64,000 nucleotides of DNA from Actinomycetota bacterium (GCA_013152275.1 JAADGS010000063.1:1-64000); one strand, 5' to 3'; numbered from the stretch's first letter, positions 9,516 to 20,968 are shown. A program made the numbers and translations. The notes: generated by a model from the letters alone, not told the origin.

Positions 9516-11396
9516 TCACCCGGCATGCTTCAGAAAGACCGCGCCGAGGGGAGGTACGGTGACGTTGACCGAGAACGGCCTGCCGTGTGAGGGAGAGTCA
9601 TGAGCCTCGATTCCCCCGAGGTTACCCATGCCCGAGCCGCCGTACACGGCTGCGTCACTGTTGAGGATCTCGGTCCACACACCGTCTCGCGGCACTCCCA
9701 ACCGGTAGTTGTAGCGTGGCACCGGTGTGTAGTTCATCACCACGAGCACCATGTCGTCGGGACCTTTGCGAAGATAGGCCAGGACACTCGATCCCGGATC
9801 GTTCGCCTCGACCCACTCGAACCCCGCCGGGTCGCAGTCCATCTCGTGCAACGCCGGTTCCTCGCGGTACAGGCGCGCCAGGTCGGCCACCAGACTGCGC
9901 ACCCCGCGGTGGGGCTCCCACTCGAGCAGGCTCCAGTCCACGCTCGCGTCGTGATCCCACTCGGACCACTGGGCGATCTCCCCGCCCATGAACAGCAGCT
10001 TCTTGCCGGGCTGACCGAACATCGAGGAGAACAGCAGGCGCAGGTTGGCGAACTTGCGCCAGTCGTCACCGGGCATCTTGCCGATCAGCGATCCCTTCCC
10101 GTGCACGACCTCGTCGTGGGACAGCGGCAGGATGTAGCTCTCGGTGAACGCGTACAAGCCTCGAAAGGTCAGCTCGTTGTGATGGAACCGACGGTAGATG
10201 GGATCCAGCGAGAAGTAGGCGAGCGTGTCGTGCATCCAGCCCATGTCCCATTTGAACCCGAACCCGAGGCCGCCCAGGTAGGTGGGGCGGGACACCATCG
10301 GCCAGGCGGTCGACTCCTCGGCGAATGTCTGCACGTCCGGATACGCCCCGTACACCTCCTCGTTGAAGCGGCGCAGGAAGTCGATCGCCTCGAGGTTCTC
10401 GTTGCCACCGTACCGATTCGGAATCCACTCGCCCTCTTTGCGTGAGTAGTCGAGATAGAGCATCGAGGCGACCGCGTCGACCCTGATGCCGTCGGCGTGG
10501 TAGCGGTCGAGCCAGGACAGCGCAGATGAGAGGAGGAACGAGCGAACCTCATTCCGTCCGTGGTTGAACACATAGCTGCCCCAGTCGGGATGGAAGCCCT
10601 GACGGGGATCGGCATGCTCGTACAGGTGGGTGCCGTCGAAGAGGCCCAGTCCATGCTCGTCGGTGGCGAAGTGTGAAGGCACCCAGTCCAGGATCACCCC
10701 GATACCGGCCTGGTGAAGCGTGTCGACGAGGAACATGAAGTCCTGCGGTGTCCCGAAACGCGATGTCGGCGAGAAGTAGCCGGTGGTCTGGTAGCCCCAC
10801 GAGCCGCCGAACGGATGCTCCATCACGGGAAGGAACTCGACATGGGTGAACTCGAGTTCCCGCACGTACTCGGCGAGCAGCGGTGCCATCTCCCGGTAGC
10901 CGAGTGTGCCGCCATCCCCGCCCTTGCGCCAGGAACCGAGGTGCACCTCGTAGATGGCGATCGGACCGTCGGCACGGTTGTGGTCGCCCCGCGAGGCCAT
11001 CCAGTCACCGTCCTCCCACTCGTAGTCGAGATCCCACACGACCGAGGCGGATCGAGGCGGTATCTCCGCGTAGGTTGCGTACGGATCCGCCTTGTACACC
11101 TCGTTGCCCGAATCTCGATTCCGAACCAGGTACTTGTACGTCTGGCCCTTCTCGACACCCGGTACGAACCCTGCCCAGATGCCGGAGTCGCCTTGGGGCT
11201 CCAGCGGGTTGGCCGTTTCGTCGTAGTCGTTGAAGTCACCGGCCACCGACACATAGCCGGCGTCGGGAGCCCACACCGCGAAACGACAGCCGTCATCGAC
11301 CAGGTGCGCGCCCAGCTTCTCGTACAGGCGCGTGTGGGACCCTTCGTTGAAGAGGTAAAGATCGTCGGCAGTCAAGTCTTCGGGTTTGGCACTCAT
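9516..11396 (-). CDS. glgB: 1,4-alpha-glucan branching enzyme (GH13)
   Basis: [44 protein letters not shown]. Confidence 0.97.
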   Translation of the reverse strand: MSAKPEDLTADDLYLFNEGSHTRLYEKLGAHLVDDGCRFAVWAPDAGYVSVAGDFNDYDETANPLEPQGDSGIWAGFVPGVEKGQTYKYLVRNRDSGNEVYKADPYATYAEIPPRSASVVWDLDYEWEDGDWMASRGDHNRADGPIAIYEVHLGSWRKGGDGGTLGYREMAPLLAEYVRELEFTHVEFLPVMEHPFGGSWGYQTTGYFSPTSRFGTPQDFMFLVDTLHQAGIGVILDWVPSHFATDEHGLGLFDGTHLYEHADPRQGFHPDWGSYVFNHGRNEVRSFLLSSALSWLDRYHADGIRVDAVASMLYLDYSRKEGEWIPNRYGGNENLEAIDFLRRFNEEVYGAYPDVQTFAEESTAWPMVSRPTYLGGLGFGFKWDMGWMHDTLAYFSLDPIYRRFHHNELTFRGLYAFTESYILPLSHDEVVHGKGSLIGKMPGDDWRKFANLRLLFSSMFGQPGKKLLFMGGEIAQWSEWDHDASVDWSLLEWEPHRGVRSLVADLARLYREEPALHEMDCDPAGFEWVEANDPGSSVLAYLRKGPDDMVLVVMNYTPVPRYNYRLGVPRDGVWTEILNSDAAVYGGSGMGNLGGIEAHDSPSHGRPFSVNVTVPPLGAVFLKHAG

Positions 11397-11412
11397 GCCG
11401 CCAGCCTAGGCT

Positions 11413-11468
11413 CCCGCTTCTCGTGACGCCTCGCGGGAATAATCCCTGTCAAACGTCACGAGAACGGG
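11413..11468. terminator. Long inverted repeat downstream of nuoN
   Basis: CCCG(C)TTCTCGTGACG ... CGTCACGAGAACGGG enclosing GGGAATAATCCC. Confidence 0.5.
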
Positions 11469-11471
11469 GAA

Positions 11472-12959
11472 TTAGAAGCCGCCGGCCAGAACTTTCGTCG
11501 CATCCGAGAAGAACGTCACGATGCCCGGGACCGCACCGGCGACCAGCACGACCGCTGCGGTGATCCCCAGCGCCAGGCTCAACGCCATCGAGGTCGGGCG
11601 CTCCCGGATCTCGGCCTCGGGAACCGTCGCCGGGACCGGATCCATCCACATCGCCTTCACGACCCGTGCGTAGTAGTAGATCGCCACCACCGAGTTGAGT
11701 GCTGCAATCACTGCAAGCGCGACCGCCCAACCGCTCCCCGCGGTCAACGCGACCCGGAACATCACGAACTTGGCGAACCATCCGGCGAGCGGCGGGATCC
11801 CCGCCAGGCCGAAGAAGAACACGACGCCGAGAGAGGCGAGGCCCGGAGCGTAGGTGGCCATCCCCGCCCACCCGTCGATATCCCCCGACCCGGCCTTGCG
11901 GGAGCCGGCGATCACGAGGGCAAAGGCGCCCAGGTTCATGAACGCGTAGATCACCAGATAGGTCACGGTGGCGGCCACGGCGTCCCCGAGGCCCTCGGGT
12001 CCCACGTAGGGCGCGACCACGAACGGGACCAGCATGAACCCTGCGTGGGAGATCGACGAGTACGCGAGCATCCGGACGATGTTGTCCTGTTTGAGCGCCG
12101 ACAGGTTGGCGAGCGTCATCGACAGCGCCGCCATCACCCACACCATCGGCGCCCACACCGCCGAGGCCGGGCCGAATGCCCGGTACGCGATCGCCATCAG
12201 CGCAACGAACCCGGCCGTCTTCGAGCTCACCGACAGGTACGCGGCAATCGGAATGGGTGCACCCTCGTAGGTGTCCGGTGCCCAAAAGTGAAACGGCACC
12301 GCCGACACCTTGAACCCGATCCCGGCAAGGATGAACAGCACCGCCATGATGAATGCCGGCTCATGCACGAGACCCCCGGCCGCGGCGGCGATCCGATCGT
12401 ACGTGAGGGCCCCGGTGAGACCGTACACGAACGAAGACCCGTAGAGCAGCAGCGCAGACGCGAGGACACCCAGCAGGTAGTACTTGAGGGCAGCCTCATT
12501 CGACTTCAGATCGCCCTTACGGAACCCGGACAACACGTACATGGGAGTGGCCACCAGCTCGATCCCGATGAACAGGCTGATCAGATCCCGGCCGGACGCA
12601 AGCACCAGCGAACCGAGAATCGACAGCAACAGCAGGAAGTAGTACTCGCCTTCGTAGTAGCGGTCCGATTCCACGTACGAGAACGACATCAGCAACACGA
12701 CGTAGCCCGCCATGAGGAACACACCCTTCATGACGAGTGCGAATGGATCGACGACATAGCTGCCGTCGAACAGGACCCTGACCCCGACCGGGGACAACGC
12801 CATCACGACCAACGGCACCGCAGCGAGCGTCGTTCCGATCACCGCGATGATGGCGGCCCAGAACTTGCGTTCCTTCGACAGCCACAAGTCGGCAAGCAGC
12901 ACCACCATGGCGGTGGCCGCAATGATGATCTCGGGCGCCAGTGCCAGGTAGTCGATCAC
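11472..12959 (-). CDS. nuoN: NADH-quinone oxidoreductase subunit N
   Basis: EAALKY, GFKVSAVPFHFWAPDTYEGAP, RMLAYSSISH, GIPPLAGWFAK. Confidence 0.95.
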   Translation of the reverse strand: MIDYLALAPEIIIAATAMVVLLADLWLSKERKFWAAIIAVIGTTLAAVPLVVMALSPVGVRVLFDGSYVVDPFALVMKGVFLMAGYVVLLMSFSYVESDRYYEGEYYFLLLLSILGSLVLASGRDLISLFIGIELVATPMYVLSGFRKGDLKSNEAALKYYLLGVLASALLLYGSSFVYGLTGALTYDRIAAAAGGLVHEPAFIMAVLFILAGIGFKVSAVPFHFWAPDTYEGAPIPIAAYLSVSSKTAGFVALMAIAYRAFGPASAVWAPMVWVMAALSMTLANLSALKQDNIVRMLAYSSISHAGFMLVPFVVAPYVGPEGLGDAVAATVTYLVIYAFMNLGAFALVIAGSRKAGSGDIDGWAGMATYAPGLASLGVVFFFGLAGIPPLAGWFAKFVMFRVALTAGSGWAVALAVIAALNSVVAIYYYARVVKAMWMDPVPATVPEAEIRERPTSMALSLALGITAAVVLVAGAVPGIVTFFSDATKVLAGGF

Positions 12960-12962
12960 CCG

Positions 12963-14525
12963 TCAGCCCCCAAACGCCTTGGTCACCAGCGCCACGACGG
13001 CGCCGTTGGTTGCCCCGAACACCAACCGGGGGAACACGCCGATGGCCACGACGAACACCATGAGTGGCACCCATGCGCTCAGCTCGTAAGGATCGGCATC
13101 GACCAGTGCATGGCCTTCCCATTCGGCACTCGGCTCACCGAGGTTCACCCGTTGCAGCATCCACAGCATGTATCCGGCCGTCAGCACGGTGCCGATCGCG
13201 CCGAGCACCATCGCCGTACGGAATACGCCCAGGCTCAGACCTGCCGCCGGGTTGTACGATCCGACCAGCGACAGGAACTCGCCCCAGAAGCCTGCGAGGC
13301 CGGGCAGACCCAGCGAGGCGATCGCGGCAAAGCCGAGGATGGCGCCCATCTTCGGCATCAGCTTCTGGTTGCCGCCCAGTCGGGCCATATCTCGTGTGTG
13401 ATAGCGGTGCGCCATCGACCCCGCCACGAAGAACAGCAGGCCCGTGATCAACCCGTGAGCGACCATCCCGATCACCGCCGCGTTGATGCCCACCACCGTG
13501 AGCGTCGAGATGCCCAGCATGACAAACCCCATGTGACCGACCGACGAGAACGCGATCAGCCGTTTCATGTCCGACTGAGCCAGACAGGCGAGCGCTCCAT
13601 AGATGATCCCGATCACCGCCAGGACCGCAATGGCAGGCGCCCAGTGCCGCGCCTCCTGGGGAAGGATCGGCAGGCTGATCCGAATGAACCCGTACGAGCC
13701 GAGTTTCAGCAGGATTCCGGCCAACAGCACGGAACCCACCGTCGGTGCGGCCGTGTGGGCATCCGGAAGCCAGGTGTGCAGCGGCCACATCGGCACCTTC
13801 ACCGCAAACCCGAGGAACAGGGCCCCGAAGACGAGGAACGCGAACGTGCCGCCGAATGCGCCTGACGTGCCGAGGTCGATCAGCTTCGGAATGTCGAACG
13901 TTCGGACGAAGGGCGCGGAGGCGCCGGAGCGGTAGTAGAGCGCCAGGAATCCCAGCAGCATGAACGCAGACCCGAACAAGGTGAACACGAAGAACTTGAT
14001 CGCGGCGTAAAGACGTGTCTCCGCCTCGATCTTGAACCCGGGAACCTTCATCTTCGTCTTGTCGCCCCAGATACCGATCATGAAGTACATCGGGAGGAGC
14101 ACCAGCTCGAAGAACACGAAGAACAGCACCAGGTCGAGAGCAACGAACGTTCCGTTCATCGCCGTGCCCAGGATCAGGATGAGGGCCATGAACGCCTTCG
14201 GGTTGTACGGCTCCGGCCAATGGTTGAACGTGTAGATCACCGCCAGCATCGTGAGCACGACCGACAGGGCCAGCATCGGCAACGAGATCCCGTCGACGCC
14301 GATGTGGTACCGGGCGTTGATCGAGACGATCCACGGAAGATTCGTGCCGAACTGGAATGCGGAAGATCCTGCGCCGTAGTTGAAGCGGGCGATCATCACG
14401 GCGGCGAGCACGACGGGCAGTGCGGTGAACGTCAACCCGAGCCCCTTGACAGCGGCCAGGTTCTTCTTCGAGGTGAGCATCACCGCCAGTGCTCCTGCCA
14501 GCGGCAAGAACACGACAAGCCCCAT
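12963..14525 (-). CDS. nuoM: NADH-quinone oxidoreductase subunit M (true start may be 14545, see findings)
   Basis: GVDGIS, FFELVLLPMY, KVPMWPLHTWLPDAH, KRLIAFSSVGHMG. Confidence 0.95.
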   Translation of the reverse strand: MGLVVFLPLAGALAVMLTSKKNLAAVKGLGLTFTALPVVLAAVMIARFNYGAGSSAFQFGTNLPWIVSINARYHIGVDGISLPMLALSVVLTMLAVIYTFNHWPEPYNPKAFMALILILGTAMNGTFVALDLVLFFVFFELVLLPMYFMIGIWGDKTKMKVPGFKIEAETRLYAAIKFFVFTLFGSAFMLLGFLALYYRSGASAPFVRTFDIPKLIDLGTSGAFGGTFAFLVFGALFLGFAVKVPMWPLHTWLPDAHTAAPTVGSVLLAGILLKLGSYGFIRISLPILPQEARHWAPAIAVLAVIGIIYGALACLAQSDMKRLIAFSSVGHMGFVMLGISTLTVVGINAAVIGMVAHGLITGLLFFVAGSMAHRYHTRDMARLGGNQKLMPKMGAILGFAAIASLGLPGLAGFWGEFLSLVGSYNPAAGLSLGVFRTAMVLGAIGTVLTAGYMLWMLQRVNLGEPSAEWEGHALVDADPYELSAWVPLMVFVVAIGVFPRLVFGATNGAVVALVTKAFGG

Positions 14526-14557
14526 CCGTTATCGAACCATGCCATCTGTCCATCCTC

Positions 14558-16567
14558 CTAGGTGAATATCACGATTGCGATCACCAGTAGCGCCACACCG
14601 ACAAGCGTCATGGCGGCGTACTGCTGCACCTTCCCGGTCTGCAACCGTCGTACCCGCCCGCCCGCCGAGCCGGTGACGATCGCTGCGGTGTTCACCGCCA
14701 GGTCGATGCCCTTCTGGTCGAGGTCCCCGTACACGAAACGGGAGATCAGGCGGGCGAGAACGCCTGCGCCGTTGACGACCCCGTCGATGATGTACGAGTT
14801 GCTCCAGTCGACTGCTCTGGCGATCGGCCCCTTGATCGGGTTGACCAGCATCGCCAGGTACAAGTCGTCGAGGTAGTACTTGTGCTCCAGGAACGGCCAC
14901 AGTACCGGGATTCGCACCCGATCCCGCGCGACCTGCGTGTCCGCATCCGCGTAGTAGAAGAAGTAGGCGATGATCAGACCCGCCAGCGCAAAACCCAGCC
15001 CGGTGAGCATCACCGGCACATCGAACGCCTCCGGTGCAAACGAGGGGAAGGTGATGGCTCGCACGCCCACCCACTCGTGGAACCCCTCGTAGATGCCGGG
15101 GATGTTCACCCATCCTGCGACGAGCGCGGCGACTCCCAGGATCGCCATGGGAACAGCCATGACCGCCGGGGATTCGTGAACATGCGCGTCGCCCTTGTAC
15201 GTGCCGAAGAACGTGAGGAACATGGCGCGCCCCATGTAGAAGGCAGTGATGAACGCCCCCAGGATCCCTACCCACATGGCAGCCCGATATCCGTTCTGAC
15301 CGAGCGTCGCCAAGATCTCGTCTTTGGAGAAGAACCCGGCGAACGGGATGATGGCCACGAGAGCGAGCGTGGCCGAGGTGAACGACCAGAACGTCACCGG
15401 CATCTTCTTGCGCAAACCCCCCATATCGCTCATGTTGTTGGAGTGCACCGCGTGGATCACCGAGCCTGCGGTGAGGAACAACAGACCCTTGAAGAAGGCG
15501 TGGGTCCACAGATGGAACAGCCCGGCCGTGTACCCGCCGGCGCCGAGTGCTGCCACCATGTAGCCCAGTTGGCTCACCGTGGAATAGGCGAGGACGCGCT
15601 TCAGGTCGTCCTGGACGATCGCCAGCAGCCCAGCGATGAGGAGGGTGATGGTACCGATCACGACGATCAGTACCCTCATGTCGGCGGCCATCCCGGCATA
15701 CAGGGGGTACATGCGGGCGATGAGGTACACGCCGGCGGTCACCATGGTGGCCGCATGCATCAGTGACGACACCGGCGTCGGCCCCGCCATCGCATCCGGC
15801 AGCCAGACGTGGAACGGGAACTGGGCGCTCTTGCCCATCGCCCCGATGAACAACAGCACGCCACCGAGCACCGCGACCGGTCGCAGAACGGCGGCGTTCG
15901 CCGTGGCCGCGTCGAGGATGCTCGAATAGCGGAACGAACCGACGGCAGTCCCGAGGATGATCGCCCCGATGATCAGGCCGATGTCGGCGACCTTGTTCGT
16001 ATAGAAAGCCTTCATGCCGGCAGAGGAGTTCTCTTTCTGCTCCCAGTAGTGGCCGATCAACAGATAGGAGGCAATCCCGACGCCCTCCCATCCGACGATC
16101 AGCTGGATGAGGTTCGGGGCCGACACGAGTACGAGCATCGACCCGGCGAAGAACGTGAATGCGGCAAAGAACCATGTCACACGCACGTCGCCCTTCATAT
16201 ACCCGAGGGCGTACGTAAAGACCAGGAATGACAGGGTCCCGACGACGAAGTACATCATCGTCGAAAGCCCGTCGACGACCCATCCCCACTCGACGGTGAC
16301 GCTGCCGATCTGTGCCACCTGGATGCTGTGTTCGTAGACGACTCCCTGGGTGATGTTGAGGATCAACAGCACCGCGGCGTAGACGAACACGAATCCCATC
16401 GCACCGACGGCGATCTCGCCGCCTTCGCGCGGCATGCGCTTGCCGAAGAAGATGATCGCAAGCATGGCGGCAAACGGAACGACGACGATCAGCCATGCCC
16501 ACTGTGCGAGCCATCCGCCGGTGGTTGCGTGGACGATCTCTTCAGAAGCGAGGATCTGGGGTATCAC
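14558..16567 (-). CDS. nuoL: NADH-quinone oxidoreductase subunit L
   Basis: WEGVG, KSAQFPFHVWLPDAMAGPTPVS, KRVLAYSTVSQLG, C-terminal QTGKVQQY. Confidence 0.96.
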   Translation of the reverse strand: MIPQILASEEIVHATTGGWLAQWAWLIVVVPFAAMLAIIFFGKRMPREGGEIAVGAMGFVFVYAAVLLILNITQGVVYEHSIQVAQIGSVTVEWGWVVDGLSTMMYFVVGTLSFLVFTYALGYMKGDVRVTWFFAAFTFFAGSMLVLVSAPNLIQLIVGWEGVGIASYLLIGHYWEQKENSSAGMKAFYTNKVADIGLIIGAIILGTAVGSFRYSSILDAATANAAVLRPVAVLGGVLLFIGAMGKSAQFPFHVWLPDAMAGPTPVSSLMHAATMVTAGVYLIARMYPLYAGMAADMRVLIVVIGTITLLIAGLLAIVQDDLKRVLAYSTVSQLGYMVAALGAGGYTAGLFHLWTHAFFKGLLFLTAGSVIHAVHSNNMSDMGGLRKKMPVTFWSFTSATLALVAIIPFAGFFSKDEILATLGQNGYRAAMWVGILGAFITAFYMGRAMFLTFFGTYKGDAHVHESPAVMAVPMAILGVAALVAGWVNIPGIYEGFHEWVGVRAITFPSFAPEAFDVPVMLTGLGFALAGLIIAYFFYYADADTQVARDRVRIPVLWPFLEHKYYLDDLYLAMLVNPIKGPIARAVDWSNSYIIDGVVNGAGVLARLISRFVYGDLDQKGIDLAVNTAAIVTGSAGGRVRRLQTGKVQQYAAMTLVGVALLVIAIVIFT

Positions 16568-16571
16568 GGCG

Positions 16572-16877
16572 TCACCACCTCATCAGATCGAGCTCGTCTA
16601 CGTTCGCAGAACGTCGATTCCGGAAGATGAGCAGCACGATGGCAAGACCGATGCCGACCTCGGCGGCAGCCACGCTGATCACGAAGATCGCGAACACCTG
16701 GCCTCCGGCGAACGACGTGCGCAACGCGGCTTCGAAGGCGATGAGGTTGAGGTTGACGGCGTTGAGCATCAACTCGATCGCCAGCAGGACCATGACGGCG
16801 TTGCGGCGGATCAACAGGCCATACACTCCAAGCGAGAACATCAGCGCACCGAGGATCAGGTACTGGACGAGGGTCAT
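16572..16877 (-). CDS. nuoK: NADH-quinone oxidoreductase subunit K
   Basis: RRNAVMVLLAIELMLNA, VAAAEVGIGLA; start MTLVQY at 16877. Confidence 0.95.
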   Translation of the reverse strand: MTLVQYLILGALMFSLGVYGLLIRRNAVMVLLAIELMLNAVNLNLIAFEAALRTSFAGGQVFAIFVISVAAAEVGIGLAIVLLIFRNRRSANVDELDLMRW

Positions 16878-16947
16878 TCGTGTCCTCCCGTCGGACGGCC
16901 GCGATGTTCGGCACTCGGCACCTCGTGCCCGGGGGATGTCGGCCGTG

Positions 16948-17499
16948 TCATGTCGTCTCCCCTTCATCGGCTTCGTCATCCGCAGGCGACTCGTCGGCCC
17001 GAGCGAGTGTGATCCCGCCGATGAGGGCTGCCAACAGGACGAACGAGACGACCTCGAACGGGAGAACGAAGCGACTCATCAACTGGTTGCCGATGAGCTC
17101 CGTTGCCGTCCCGGTGCCGACTTTGCTCACCATCCGACCTCCGAACGCCGAGATGGACGAGAACGCCATCACGGCGAACGTCAGCAGAGCTGCCGTGGCG
17201 GCCAAACCTTTGCGGGGGTTGTCGACTTCGGCTTTCGGGCCGGTCGGAGCCCTGGTGATCATGATGCCGAACAGGAAGAGCACGATTACGGCACCGATAT
17301 AGACGAGCACGAGCACCCAGGCAACGAACTGCGCGCCGAGCACGAGGAACAGCCCGGCCGTGCCGGCGAGTGCGGCGACGAGGAACAGCGCCGCATGCAC
17401 GATATTGGTCGCCGTCACGACCCGCAGGGCAGAGACGGCGATGAACACCGCCAGCACGAGGAACCACCAGTTGGAAGCTTCTGCGAACCAGCCGTCCAT
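16948..17499 (-). CDS. nuoJ: NADH-quinone oxidoreductase subunit J
   Basis: NIVHAAL, VLVYIGAVIVLFLF, LPFEVVSFVLLAALIG; start MDGWF overlaps nuoI stop. Confidence 0.94.
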   Translation of the reverse strand: MDGWFAEASNWWFLVLAVFIAVSALRVVTATNIVHAALFLVAALAGTAGLFLVLGAQFVAWVLVLVYIGAVIVLFLFGIMITRAPTGPKAEVDNPRKGLAATAALLTFAVMAFSSISAFGGRMVSKVGTGTATELIGNQLMSRFVLPFEVVSFVLLAALIGGITLARADESPADDEADEGETT

Positions 17500-17963
17500 C
17501 ACTTCTCCTCCAACGCCGGAGGCTCCGGCACCGTTGCGAGCCACTCGCCCAACTTGGCCTTGTCGTGCAGCAGCGACTGCATGTCGTACTCGCCGTATTC
17601 GTACTCGGGGCTCCAGAACAGAGCGTCGAAAGGGCACACTTCGACACAGATCCCGCAGTACATGCACAGTGCGTAGTCGATGTCGAAGCGGTCGAGAACC
17701 GCACGACTGCGCGGGCGGCCGCCCGGCCTGCTCGGCGGCTTCTCCTCCTTGTGCCCTTCGATGTAGATGCACCAGTCCGGGCAGTTGCGGGCGCACAGCA
17801 TGCAGACCGTGCACGCTTCCTCATCGAGTGCGATGACGCCGCGGGCCCTCGTCACCGGGACTTCTTTCTCGTCCGGATACATCACCGTGACGGGCTTCGT
17901 GAACATGGTGCTGAAGGTCACCCAAAGACCTTTGAGAAGTCCCTTGCCGGTGTAGAGCGCCAT
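17499..17963 (-). CDS. nuoI: NADH-quinone oxidoreductase subunit I
   Basis: Two CxxCxxCxxxCP motifs ([24 protein letters not shown]); start MALYTG at 17963. Confidence 0.95.
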   Translation of the reverse strand: MALYTGKGLLKGLWVTFSTMFTKPVTVMYPDEKEVPVTRARGVIALDEEACTVCMLCARNCPDWCIYIEGHKEEKPPSRPGGRPRSRAVLDRFDIDYALCMYCGICVEVCPFDALFWSPEYEYGEYDMQSLLHDKAKLGEWLATVPEPPALEEK

Positions 17964-18127
17964 CAGTGCCCCATCCCGTGGGTAGCGTGCGGACGGCACC
18001 GAGCCGTCGGTGTCGAAGGCGAGGACGCGGGAAGAAGACGTATCCGGCGCGGTGCTCGAAGGACGAGGGTGAAGCATCCGGCGTCGATGGCCTGCGGAAC
18101 GTGGGCGATGCGTGCGAATCGGCGCAT

Positions 18128-19105
18128 TCAGAACACCACCTTGAAGACTGCCGTGACGGCGATGTTGGCAAGCGCCAGCGGGACGAGCCACTTCCATGCG
18201 ATCGCCTGCAGTTGGTCCTCCCGAAAGCGTGGGAACGTCCAGCGGAGCCAGATCACCAGGAATGAGAGCGCCAACGTCTTGGCGACCACGATGAATGGAC
18301 CCGCCACCGGTGTCGTTACCCCCCAGAAGCCCCAGCCACCCAGGAAGAGGGTCGCTGCGATCGCCGAGTAGGCGAAGATGCCGGCGTACTCGGCGAGGAA
18401 GAAGAAGAGGAACCGGAACCCCGAGTACTCGGTGAGGTATCCGGTCACCAACTCGGACTCGGCGATCGGCATGTCGAATGGGGTTCGGTTCATCTCGGCG
18501 AGGGCGGCCAGCAGGAACAGGAAGAATCCGACGAACTGGGTGAACGCGAACGGCCATCCCTGAACGATCTGCGCTTCGACGATGCCCTGCATCGACATGG
18601 TGCCGGCCTGGATGACGACGCCCACGACGGCAAGCACCATCGGCAGTTCATATGCGATGAGTTGGCCACCGGCCCGCAGTGCGCCGATCAGTGAATACTT
18701 GTTGCCGGACGACCACCCGGCCATGAGCACCCCGAGCGTACCAACCGAGCAGATCGCCAGGGCGTAGAAGATGCCCAGGCCGAGATCGGCGCCGATGGCG
18801 TAAGCACTCGAACCGAAGGGAATGATCAAGAACACGGCAACGGTCGAGATCATCACGAGAACCGGCGCCAGAGAGAACACCGGACGGTCGGCGTTGTTGG
18901 GAATGATGTCCTCTTTCTGGAGGAACTTCAGACCGTCGGCGATGAGTTGCGCCCAGCCCCATCGGCCCCCTGCGTAGTACGGACCGACCCGTGACTGCAT
19001 GTGCGCGGACAGCTTCAACTCGGCGTATCCGACGACGAGCGCCGTCGCCGGCACGATCGCGAAGACCACCACCAGCTTGATGACGAGTTCGAGACCGAAG
19101 CTCAC
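18128..19105 (-). CDS. nuoH: NADH-quinone oxidoreductase subunit H
   Basis: [42 protein letters not shown]. Confidence 0.96.
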   Translation of the reverse strand: MSFGLELVIKLVVVFAIVPATALVVGYAELKLSAHMQSRVGPYYAGGRWGWAQLIADGLKFLQKEDIIPNNADRPVFSLAPVLVMISTVAVFLIIPFGSSAYAIGADLGLGIFYALAICSVGTLGVLMAGWSSGNKYSLIGALRAGGQLIAYELPMVLAVVGVVIQAGTMSMQGIVEAQIVQGWPFAFTQFVGFFLFLLAALAEMNRTPFDMPIAESELVTGYLTEYSGFRFLFFFLAEYAGIFAYSAIAATLFLGGWGFWGVTTPVAGPFIVVAKTLALSFLVIWLRWTFPRFREDQLQAIAWKWLVPLALANIAVTAVFKVVF

Positions 19106-19127
19106 CGGCCCACCTCCGGCGGGCCGA

Positions 19128-19206
19128 AGTCAACGGTCAGCAGTCGACAGTCGCCCGGCACGGTGTGGGGAACTGAAGACTGAATACCGATGACTGAGAA
19201 CCGGCT
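19128..19206. repeat. Degenerate heptamer repeats in two opposed arrays
   Basis: AGTCAAC GGTCAGC AGTCGAC AGTCGCC (19128-19155) and ACTGAAG ACTGAAT ACCGATG ACTGAGA ACCGGCT (19172-19206). Confidence 0.65.
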
Positions 19207-20396
19207 CATCGATCCACGTCTCCCAATACGAAGTCGAAGCTGCCGAAGATGGCGATGAGGTCCGGAACCAACACCCCTTCGAGCAACTCCGGAAGCACCG
19301 AGATGTTCGAGAACGAGGCGGTGCGCACCTTGAACCGGTACGGGCCCGTGCCCCCCTCGGAGACCAGGTAGTAGCCCATCTCGCCCTTCGGGTTCTCGGC
19401 CCGCATGTAGATCTCGCCCTTCGGAAGCTTGATCACCTTCGGCACCTTGGCGATGATCGGCCCTTCCGGGATTCCGTCGATGGCCTCGAGAATGAGCTTG
19501 GCCGACACTCGGATCTCGTGGAGCCGCATGATGTAGCGGTCGTAGCAGTCCCCCGCTTCACCGGTCGGCACCCAGAAATCGAAGTCGTCATACGGCAGGT
19601 AATCCTCGGTCCTGCGAAGGTCGAACTCCGGGCCGGACGCACGCAGGTTCGGGCCGGAGACTCCGTACGCAGCGGCGAGTTCGGCGCTCATCACGCCGAT
19701 GCCCTTCGTCCGGCCGAACAGGATCTCGTTGCCGACGATCAGATCGTACAGCTCGTCACAAACGGCGAGGACTTTCGCCATTGCCTCCCGAGTCTCCGCG
19801 TAGAAGCCCTTCGGGAGGTCCTGCACGACCTTCTTCTGGGTGGCACCGGCGCCGGCCACGGGTTTGATACCGCCGATCCGATTGAAGTTCGGATGGAACC
19901 GCCCTCCGGTCACCGACTCGATGAGGTCGAGCACTCGCTCGCGTTCACGAAAGGCGAAGAAGAACGGGGAAGCGGCACCCAACTCCAGCGGGTAGGACGC
20001 CATGAACAGGAAGTGCGATCCGATACGCGCCATCTCGGTGAGGATGAGCCTGATGTACTGCGCTCGCGGTGGTGGCTCGATCTCCATCAGGCGCTCTGCC
20101 GCGACCACGAACGGGATCTCGTTGGCATACCCGGACACCCAATCGATCCGGTTCAACAAAGCGATGATCTGCGGGTACGTGCGTACCTCGGCGAGTTTCT
20201 CGTACCCTCGGTGCATATAGCCGATCACCGGTTGAACGTCGACGATACGTTCTCCATCGATCCGGGCCTTGAGTCGCAGCACGCCGTGCGTCGATGGGTG
20301 TTGCGGGCCGATATTCAGTGTCATCTCGGGGGTTTCGAGCTCCAGTGACACTGCCGCTTCGGCAAGGTGCATCATGGCACGCGGGTCGACGTTCAT
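19206..20396 (-). CDS. nuoD: NADH-quinone oxidoreductase subunit D
   Basis: GPQHPSTHGVLRL, IGYMHRGYEK, ENPKGE, C-terminal GDVDR. Confidence 0.96.
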   Translation of the reverse strand: MNVDPRAMMHLAEAAVSLELETPEMTLNIGPQHPSTHGVLRLKARIDGERIVDVQPVIGYMHRGYEKLAEVRTYPQIIALLNRIDWVSGYANEIPFVVAAERLMEIEPPPRAQYIRLILTEMARIGSHFLFMASYPLELGAASPFFFAFRERERVLDLIESVTGGRFHPNFNRIGGIKPVAGAGATQKKVVQDLPKGFYAETREAMAKVLAVCDELYDLIVGNEILFGRTKGIGVMSAELAAAYGVSGPNLRASGPEFDLRRTEDYLPYDDFDFWVPTGEAGDCYDRYIMRLHEIRVSAKLILEAIDGIPEGPIIAKVPKVIKLPKGEIYMRAENPKGEMGYYLVSEGGTGPYRFKVRTASFSNISVLPELLEGVLVPDLIAIFGSFDFVLGDVDR

Positions 20397-20968
20397 GAGG
20401 TCGCCTCAGGCATCGGCTCGACGTCGACAGACCCGGGCCACGGCCGCAGCTCACGGCTCAACAACGGGAAGGACTTGCGCATCGGGTTGCCTTCGAACCC
20501 TTCCGGAAGGTAGATATTGCAGAGGTCCGGGTGGCCGATGAACTCGATGCCGAACATCTCGAACGCTTCACGCTCGTGCCAGTTGGCGCCCTTGTACACG
20601 GACACGAGACTGTCGATATGGGGGGTGTCTTTCGCAATGCCGGTCGTAAACGTGACCCGGCGCCCCTCGGTGATATCGGCGACAGTCGCGAGAATCTCGA
20701 AGCGCTCCACGACATGATCGGCGGGCGCGTCCCCAACCTGCACCTCGTTGGACCACTCGATCACCGACAGCCAGGAGAAGAAGACGAGTCCGAGATCGTT
20801 CTGCGCCTTTCGGAGTGCGTCGACCCAACGGTCCGGCTTCACGTGTGCCTTGACCGTGCGGTGACGCACCGCCACCGGATCGGCGAAACCCAGCACGTCG
20901 TACACGTGCTCCGCATAGGCAAAGAGGATCTCGTGGGGAGTCTGAACTTCAGACGGGCCGCTGCTCAT
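20393..20968 (-). CDS. nuoC: NADH-quinone oxidoreductase subunit C
   Basis: [29 protein letters not shown]; start MSSGP at 20968. Confidence 0.93.
   Translation of the reverse strand: MSSGPSEVQTPHEILFAYAEHVYDVLGFADPVAVRHRTVKAHVKPDRWVDALRKAQNDLGLVFFSWLSVIEWSNEVQVGDAPADHVVERFEILATVADITEGRRVTFTTGIAKDTPHIDSLVSVYKGANWHEREAFEMFGIEFIGHPDLCNIYLPEGFEGNPMRKSFPLLSRELRPWPGSVDVEPMPEATS

Noticed and set aside
17964..18127. 164-bp spacer between nuoH and nuoI as sRNA or mobile element
   Set aside because: Only short hairpins and an ATCCGGCG repeat; cannot assign a family. The long ORF-track extension of nuoI through it is not credible
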